64,000 nucleotides of DNA from Clostridia bacterium (GTDB taxonomy: Bacteria > Bacillota > Clostridia > Oscillospirales > Acutalibacteraceae): the NCBI GenBank assembly GCA_017618135.1, contig JAFZUV010000001.1:1627-65626 (forward strand), written 5' to 3'. The translations under genes and the position numbers were made by a program. Under the pieces are notes generated by a model, which ran no database searches, was not told the origin of the DNA, and saw only the letters and a list, made by a program, of their open reading frames with translations. Below, one piece after another: positions 57,754-64,000 of the stretch; position 1 is the first letter of the stretch; each line of letters begins with the position of its first letter.

Positions 57754-57864
57754 AATAAAAAATTATAATAGAAAATATTTTGTATGTCAAATTGAAAAAA
57801 TAGTAGTGACAAACGGCGAAAATAATGTTATTATATATATAATTATATTCTACGGTGAAAAATT

Positions 57865-60354
57865 ATGAAACTTTTAGCTATCGACGGCAACAGTATAATA
57901 AACCGCGCGTTTTACGGAATCCGCCTTTTATCCACTAAGGACGGGCAGTATACCAATGCCGTTTACGGCTTTATAAATATACTTTTAAAGCTGATATCTG
58001 AGCAGAGGCCCGACGGTGTCGCGGTGGCTTTTGATTTGCACGCTCCCACCTTCAGGCACAAGCGGTATGCCGATTATAAAGCAGGCCGTAAGCCTATGCC
58101 TCAAGAGCTGAGAGAGCAATTTCCCATAATAAAAGAATGGTTGACTCTTGCCGGATACTCCTGTATAGAGTGTGAGGGTTTTGAGGCGGACGATATTTTG
58201 GGAACGCTTGCCGCTACCGCCGAAAAGAACGAGAATGAGTGCGTAATTGCAACCGGCGACCGTGACTCTTTACAGCTTGTAAGCGAGAACACTCATGTGC
58301 TTTTGACCGTTACCAGGATGGGGCAAAACGAAATAACTGATTATACGCCGGACAAGTTGTATGAAAAGTATTCGCTTGACTCATCCGGAATGATAGAGCT
58401 TAAAGCTCTTATGGGCGACAGCTCGGATAATATACCGGGAGTCCCCGGCATAGGGCAGAAAACGGCGACCGATCTTATAGTGCGTTTCTCAAATATTGAT
58501 AATATATACGAAAATCTTGACTCAATAGATGTCAAAGAGAGCGTGCGTGCCAAGCTTGCCGTCGGTAAGGACAGCGCGTATTTAAGCCGTGAGCTTGGAA
58601 CTATCTGCAAGACCGCGCCGATAGATACTGATTTTGAGCATTACCGCACGCGTCCCGCAAAAGTGCGGGAGTTGTCGTCGCTTATGACGCGCCTTGAGCT
58701 TTTTAAACTGTTAGAGCGAATGAATATTCGCGCCGTTTCGGCTGAGCAAAAGAACGCAAATGAGGAAAAGAATTTTTCCGCCGGAACGTTTGACGATATT
58801 AAGGAAAACGCCGATATTTATATAGGCGAAAATGAGTTTGCCGCGGTATCAAACGGTAAAGTGGCGGATTTAAGCGAAGAACAGCTCGTATCTGTTCTTG
58901 AAAACGAGAAAATAAGCAAGCGTGTTTATGACAGTAAAAGTCTTTATAAAAAATACGGAATGCGTGCCGTGACATTTGACGCTATGCTGGCGGCGTACCT
59001 TGTAAATCCCGCTTCAAATGACTATTCGCTTTCCCGCCTTTTTGCGGAATACGGTATATTGGATAAGTCATCCGGCGCGGTTGCCTTCAGTATGCTTTGC
59101 GATATCTTGGCGCAAAAGCTGGAAGCTGACGGTGAAGCCGGGCTTTTAAGTAATATTGAATTGCCGCTCGCCCGCGTATTGGCGAGTATGGAAAAAGAAG
59201 GCTTTTTGGTTGACCGAGACGGTATAAGCGATTATTCGCGGGAATTGAGTGATAGAATTGATGAGCTTACCCGCGATATATACGCTCTCTCCGGCGGTGA
59301 ATTTAATATAAACTCACCTAAGCAGTTAGGTGAAATACTTTTTGTTAAATTAGGTCTGCCTGCAAAGAAAAAGACCAAAAGCGGATACAGCACAAATGCG
59401 GAGGTACTCGAGGACTTAAGATATGACTATCCGATAGTTGACCTGATTTTAAAATACCGCCGGCTTACAAAGCTTAAATCAACCTATTGTGAAGGTCTTC
59501 TTTCGGCTGTAAGTGATGACGGGCGCATTCATTCAACCTTTAATCAGACAGAGGCGAGAACAGGCAGAATAAGCTCGCTTGAGCCTAATTTGCAGAACAT
59601 ACCGGTCCGCACTGAGGAGGGCAAGCGTTTTCGTGAGTTCTTTGTGGCAAAAGAGGGTTGTGTACTCTGTGACGCGGATTATTCGCAGATAGAACTGCGG
59701 GTTTTAGCGTCACTGGCAGATGATGAAGTTATGATTGACGCATTCAGCAGGGGTGTTGATATCCATACTCTTACCGCTTCGGAAGTTTTCAACATACCGA
59801 TAGATATGGTTTTGCCGATTATGCGAAGCCGCGCTAAGGCTGTAAACTTTGGTATAGTATACGGTATAGGCGCGTTTTCACTTGCGAAGGATATAGGAGT
59901 AAGCCGCGCCGAGGCGCAAAAATATATCAATGGTTATCTGTCCACCTATAAAGGTGTATCTGACTATATGGACAGGGTTATTAAGAACGCGAAACGCGAC
60001 GGATTTGTAACCACTTTTTTCGGTCGCCGCCGCTATCTGCCCGAGCTTTCTGCGTCGAACGGAATGCTCAGAGCGTTTGGCGAACGGGTAGCACGCAACG
60101 CGCCTATTCAGGGAACCGCCGCCGATATAATAAAAATAGCAATGATAAAAGTGCATAACCGCCTGAGTCGGGAGGTTGAAGGCGCGCGGCTTATCCTTCA
60201 GGTACATGACGAGTTGATAGTGGAATGCAAAGAAGCTGATAAAGACAGGGTTTGCCGCATACTCGAAGAGGAAATGCAAAACGCCGCAAGCCTTAAAGTA
60301 AAGCTATCGGTTGACGCTCACTGGGGGCGTACCTGGCTGGAGGCGAAGGGTTGA
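57865..60354 (+). CDS. polA: DNA polymerase I
   Basis: 5'-3' exonuclease N-term (LLAIDGNSIINRAFYG), Pol A motifs DYSQIELR, RRxAKxxNFGxxYG, QVHDEL. Confidence 0.95.
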   Translation: MKLLAIDGNSIINRAFYGIRLLSTKDGQYTNAVYGFINILLKLISEQRPDGVAVAFDLHAPTFRHKRYADYKAGRKPMPQELREQFPIIKEWLTLAGYSCIECEGFEADDILGTLAATAEKNENECVIATGDRDSLQLVSENTHVLLTVTRMGQNEITDYTPDKLYEKYSLDSSGMIELKALMGDSSDNIPGVPGIGQKTATDLIVRFSNIDNIYENLDSIDVKESVRAKLAVGKDSAYLSRELGTICKTAPIDTDFEHYRTRPAKVRELSSLMTRLELFKLLERMNIRAVSAEQKNANEEKNFSAGTFDDIKENADIYIGENEFAAVSNGKVADLSEEQLVSVLENEKISKRVYDSKSLYKKYGMRAVTFDAMLAAYLVNPASNDYSLSRLFAEYGILDKSSGAVAFSMLCDILAQKLEADGEAGLLSNIELPLARVLASMEKEGFLVDRDGISDYSRELSDRIDELTRDIYALSGGEFNINSPKQLGEILFVKLGLPAKKKTKSGYSTNAEVLEDLRYDYPIVDLILKYRRLTKLKSTYCEGLLSAVSDDGRIHSTFNQTEARTGRISSLEPNLQNIPVRTEEGKRFREFFVAKEGCVLCDADYSQIELRVLASLADDEVMIDAFSRGVDIHTLTASEVFNIPIDMVLPIMRSRAKAVNFGIVYGIGAFSLAKDIGVSRAEAQKYINGYLSTYKGVSDYMDRVIKNAKRDGFVTTFFGRRRYLPELSASNGMLRAFGERVARNAPIQGTAADIIKIAMIKVHNRLSREVEGARLILQVHDELIVECKEADKDRVCRILEEEMQNAASLKVKLSVDAHWGRTWLEAKG

Positions 60355-61202
60355 TGAGGGTTTTATTTGTGTGTTCAGGCAATACCTGCCGTTCACCTAT
60401 GGCGGAAGGCTACCTTAATTCCAAAAATTTAAGCGGCGTCAAAGCTTTAAGCGCCGGATTTATATGCGCGGGCGAGCATGCGGCGAGAAGTGCTGTTTCG
60501 GTAATGAATGAAATCGGTATTGACATATCGGCACATATTTCAAGACTTATAACCGCAGACGCTTTGTTATCGGATAAGATATTTTGCATGGGTGAAAATC
60601 ACAAATCGGCATTACTCGGTGCCGGTGTGCCTGAAGAGAAAATCCGGGTTTTGTCGGGCGGAATAGAGGATCCGTACGGAAAAAGCACTCAGGTTTACAG
60701 GGAATGTCGGAATCAGATTATTTCGGGCATTGATACCGCGCTTTACTCCGGTAAAATCTTGCCCATTAAAATTTTAACCGCGGGAAAAGAAGATGTAAAG
60801 GATATACAAGAGCTTGAAAGCGAGTGCTTTTCCGCTCCCTGGAGCCAAAAAGCAATTATTGAGGCTTTAGAGCATAATACAGTGTTTTTTAAGGCGATGG
60901 TTGATGATAAAACTGTCGGTTATATAGGAGTTACGGCGGTAGCAGGCGAAGCTTATGTGAATAATATCGCCGTTAAAAGCGATTACCGCAAAAGGGGGAT
61001 AGGCTCGGTTCTGTTAGACCGTGCTGTCACTTATGCGAGGGATAAAACTCTTGAGTTTTTATCGCTTGAAGTCCGTAAGTCAAATACGGCGGCAATATCG
61101 CTTTACACAAAAGCCGGATTTCAACAAGAGGGTATAAGAAAAAGTTTTTACGATAACCCGTGTGAGGACGGTATTATTATGACAAGAAGGTTTAAAATAT
61201 GA
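60351..61202 (+). CDS. fusion of low-molecular-weight protein-tyrosine phosphatase and ribosomal-protein-alanine N-acetyltransferase (RimI-like GNAT)
   Basis: N-term VLFVCSGNTCRSPMAEG (LMW-PTP C-X5-R P-loop). C-term GYIGVTAVAGEAYVNNIAVKSDYRKRGIGSVLL (GNAT acetyl-CoA motif). Overlaps polA stop by 4 nt and tsaD start by 4 nt. Confidence 0.8.
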   Translation: MMRVLFVCSGNTCRSPMAEGYLNSKNLSGVKALSAGFICAGEHAARSAVSVMNEIGIDISAHISRLITADALLSDKIFCMGENHKSALLGAGVPEEKIRVLSGGIEDPYGKSTQVYRECRNQIISGIDTALYSGKILPIKILTAGKEDVKDIQELESECFSAPWSQKAIIEALEHNTVFFKAMVDDKTVGYIGVTAVAGEAYVNNIAVKSDYRKRGIGSVLLDRAVTYARDKTLEFLSLEVRKSNTAAISLYTKAGFQQEGIRKSFYDNPCEDGIIMTRRFKI

Positions 61203-62200
61203 TAATATTATCGGTGGAATCCTCATGTGATGAAACATCCGTAGCGGTTACTCAAGGGCGCAGGGTCCTTTCAAATGTTGTGGCTACTCAGATTGAGGAG
61301 CACAAGCTTTACGGCGGAGTGGTACCGGAAATTGCTTCAAGAAGGCATACGGAGGCAATAACCGCGGTATGCAGGAAGGCCTTGGATGAGGCTGATATAA
61401 AATACGGCGATATTAACGCCGTCGCAGTTACTTTTGCACCGGGGCTGATTGGCGCGTTGCTTGTGGGCGTAAACTTTGCAAAAGGTCTTGCCTGTTCGCT
61501 TGATGTACCGCTTATACCCGTACATCATCTGCGTTCCCATATTGCGGCGAATTATATAGACAGTGATCTTGAACCGCCGTTTTTATGTCTTACGGTATCA
61601 GGCGGCAATACGGTAATAACCGAAGTTAAGGATTATACATCTTTTAAACTGTTGGGCGGCACTATTGATGATGCCGCCGGCGAATGCTTTGATAAGGTTG
61701 CCCGCGCGCTCGGTCTTTCGTACCCCGGCGGCGTGACGCTTGATAAAATAGCAACCGTACCGGATGAGGAAATGTATCCTCTTCCTGTTCCGCATACCGA
61801 GGGTGTTTACGACTTCAGCTTTTCCGGGCTTAAAACCGCGGCTGTTAATCTCATACATAAATTCGACCAGCGAAACGAAGAAATATCGGTGCCGGTGCTT
61901 GCCGCAACACTCAGGCACCGCGTTTGCCGGATACTTACCGATAAAACCATACTTGCGGCAAAAAATTCAGGATATACCGTTCTGGCCCTCGCGGGAGGTG
62001 TGTCCGCTAACAGCGAGCTTCGCTCTATGCTTAAAGACGAGTGCGATAAAAATAACATTCAGCTGTTTGTGCCTGAACTTAAATACTGCGGTGATAATGC
62101 CGCCATGGTAGGTGTTCAGGGGTACTATGAGTATATCTCGGGTAATACGGCGGATATTGAGCTTAATGCGACGGCTACTATACCGATAGATTATAGGTGA
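61199..62200 (+). CDS. tsaD: tRNA N6-adenosine threonylcarbamoyltransferase TsaD
   Basis: MIILSVESSCDETSVAV, HHLRSHI, ALAGGVSAN motifs of Kae1/TsaD. Confidence 0.95.
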   Translation: MIILSVESSCDETSVAVTQGRRVLSNVVATQIEEHKLYGGVVPEIASRRHTEAITAVCRKALDEADIKYGDINAVAVTFAPGLIGALLVGVNFAKGLACSLDVPLIPVHHLRSHIAANYIDSDLEPPFLCLTVSGGNTVITEVKDYTSFKLLGGTIDDAAGECFDKVARALGLSYPGGVTLDKIATVPDEEMYPLPVPHTEGVYDFSFSGLKTAAVNLIHKFDQRNEEISVPVLAATLRHRVCRILTDKTILAAKNSGYTVLALAGGVSANSELRSMLKDECDKNNIQLFVPELKYCGDNAAMVGVQGYYEYISGNTADIELNATATIPIDYR

Positions 62201-62204
62201 TGTA

Positions 62205-63119
62205 ATGGAAGAAAGAAGATTACTCCTTATTGCAAATCCGTTTTCCGGAAAAGCAAAAATGGTTACCAACCTTATGGCGGTAACTCAGATTTTATCAGAT
62301 AGAGGCTTTGAGGTTACGGTATATCCAACAAAAAAAGCAGGGGACGCGACCTCCCGGGCGGCAAGCGTAAAAGATGGAGAGTTTGACCGCATAGTGGTTT
62401 GCGGCGGCGACGGCACATTAAATGAAGTGATAACCGGACTTATGAGCGCGGGCGTAAACTGTAAAATAGGTTATATACCTGCAGGAACGCTTAACGAATG
62501 GTCTTTAGGACTTAAAATACCTCGCTCAATTCCGAATGCCGCCAAAGCGGCGGCGGGTGATTTTGAAATCAAACTCGATGTCGGCAGATTTGCGGACAGG
62601 TACTTTTCCTACACCGCCTCGTTCGGCGCCTTTACCGAGGTCTCATATTCCGCACCACAGGAAGTAAAAAATGTTTTAGGTCAGGCGGCATACTTTTTTG
62701 AAGGTATAAAGAGTCTCGGAAATATCAAACCCATACATCTAAAAATCGAATGTGAAGAAAAAACGGTAGAAGACGATTTTATTTTCGGCGCGGTATCAAA
62801 TTCAATGTCGGTAGGCGGCATAGTCAAGTTTAAAGAAAATGTCGTAAAGCTTAACGACGGAGTGTTCGAGGTATTCTTAATTAAAAATCTAAAAAACATT
62901 TTACAACTTCAGAATACATTGGACGGTATATTAAGAGGCGACTTAAGCCGCGAGCGAATGGAATTTTTCCATACAAAAAAACTTTTGGTAAACGGCGGAA
63001 GAGGTGTCGCTTGGACGCTTGACGGAGAGTTCGCTCCCGGTAGGGATGACCTGATTATTGAAAATATACCTTCGGCGTTGCGGCTGGTTTCTCCCGAAGA
63101 TAAAAAGGAAAGTGAGTAG
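62205..63119 (+). CDS. diacylglycerol kinase family lipid kinase (YegS/DagK-type)
   Basis: LLLIANPFSGKAK, VVCGGDGTLNEV (DAGK_cat glycine-rich motif). Confidence 0.85.
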   Translation: MEERRLLLIANPFSGKAKMVTNLMAVTQILSDRGFEVTVYPTKKAGDATSRAASVKDGEFDRIVVCGGDGTLNEVITGLMSAGVNCKIGYIPAGTLNEWSLGLKIPRSIPNAAKAAAGDFEIKLDVGRFADRYFSYTASFGAFTEVSYSAPQEVKNVLGQAAYFFEGIKSLGNIKPIHLKIECEEKTVEDDFIFGAVSNSMSVGGIVKFKENVVKLNDGVFEVFLIKNLKNILQLQNTLDGILRGDLSRERMEFFHTKKLLVNGGRGVAWTLDGEFAPGRDDLIIENIPSALRLVSPEDKKESE

Positions 63120-63126
63120 TGATTTA

Positions 63127-64000
63127 TGTTTACAAGGGATATAGGTGTTGACCTCGGCACCGCTAATACTTTAGTTTGTGTAAAAGGCAAGGGTATAATT
63201 ATGAGAGAACCGTCGGTCGTGGCATACGATGTTAAAAATGACGCGGTTCGCGCCGTTGGCAAAGAAGCAAAGGATATGATAGGCAGAACACCGGGCTCAA
63301 TAGTCGCGGTCCGTCCGTTAAAAGACGGTGTAATAGCCGATTTTGATGTAACTGCCGCGATGCTTAAGCGATTTGTGAGAGAGGCACTCAAGGGCTCGCT
63401 TTTTTCTCGCGTGCGTATGGTGCTTTGCATACCTGCCGGCGTTACCGAGGTTGAAAGCCGTGCGGTATATGACGCGGCGAAGCAGGCGGGCGCTACCGAT
63501 ATAGACCTTATAGAAGAACCTATGGCGGCGGCGGTGGGCGCAGGGCTGCCTGTATGGGACGCTTCGGGTAATATGGTAGTTGATATAGGCGGCGGTACAA
63601 GTGAAGTTGCGGTAATATCGCTCGGTGATATAGTTACGGCACAATCTATCCGAGTTGCCGGAGATGATCTTGATGAAGCAATAGTTAATTACATAAGGAA
63701 AAAGCATAATCTGCTCATAGGCGAACGCACAGCGGAGCAAATTAAAATTGAGATAGGCTCGGCTAAAGAGTATGAAAATGAAACAAGCATAGAAATAAAG
63801 GGAAGAAATCTGGTTGACGGTCTGCCTAAAAACATAACCATTTCGTCAGCGGAGGTCCGTTTGGCTATGTCGGATACCGTGGCGCAGATAATAGATGTTA
63901 TAAGGTCTACTCTTGAAAAAACGCCGCCTGAGCTTTCGGCTGATATAATTGACCGCGGTATGACGCTTACCGGCGGCGGCGCGCTACTTCGCGGCTTGGC
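63127..64000 (+). CDS. mreB: rod-shape determining actin homolog MreB/Mbl, partial (continues past the window end)
   Basis: [34 protein letters not shown]...[15 protein letters not shown]. Runs to the window end without a stop. Confidence 0.85.

Noticed and set aside
1-64000. CRISPR arrays, rRNA/tRNA genes, transposases, integrases
   Set aside because: No direct-repeat/spacer periodicity, no rRNA-like conserved blocks and no DDE/tyrosine recombinase motifs were seen in any frame. The only repeats are the short terminator-associated elements reported above.

Overview
This 64 kb window reads as chromosomal DNA from an endospore-forming, cellulosome-type Firmicute (Clostridia, possibly Ruminococcaceae). 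That call rests on spoIIE, sleB, a gerA-type operon and a dockerin-bearing protein. Most of the window is ordinary housekeeping: mnmE-mnmG, thiI with a cysteine desulfurase, polA, tsaD, dusB, yebC, a partial mreB, a GntR/ABC operon, an MsbA-like exporter, and a metallophosphoesterase plus AAA-ATPase DNA-repair pair. The standout is a ~12.9 kb operon at about 3612-16560. It has a perfect sigma-A consensus promoter. It has a ~100 nt leader that looks like a GEMM/c-di-GMP-I riboswitch ending in an intrinsic terminator. Three tandem paralogous secreted proteins with TasA/camelysin-like (SipW-cognate-type) N-termini and motifs follow. The operon ends in a 3290-aa N-terminally anchored giant protein built from GLUG-like GG[ILVM]xG beta-helix repeats, and then a terminator. 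A 7-TM GGDEF cyclase sits immediately downstream and an HD-GYP phosphodiesterase lies nearby. Together these suggest a c-di-GMP-controlled fibre/giant-adhesin system that I do not recognise as described. Other points: an isolated holin plus Amidase_3 lysis cassette next to the germinant receptor operon; a small intergenic repeat family carrying terminator hairpins; a palindromic candidate operator before the GntR operon; a fused LMW-PTP/RimI gene; and a zinc-ribbon/TPM/SPFH membrane trio. No rRNA, tRNA, CRISPR array, transposase or integrase was seen. All domain calls are from reading motifs by eye; no searches were run. Coordinates of non-ORF features were counted by hand and may be off by 1-2 nt.
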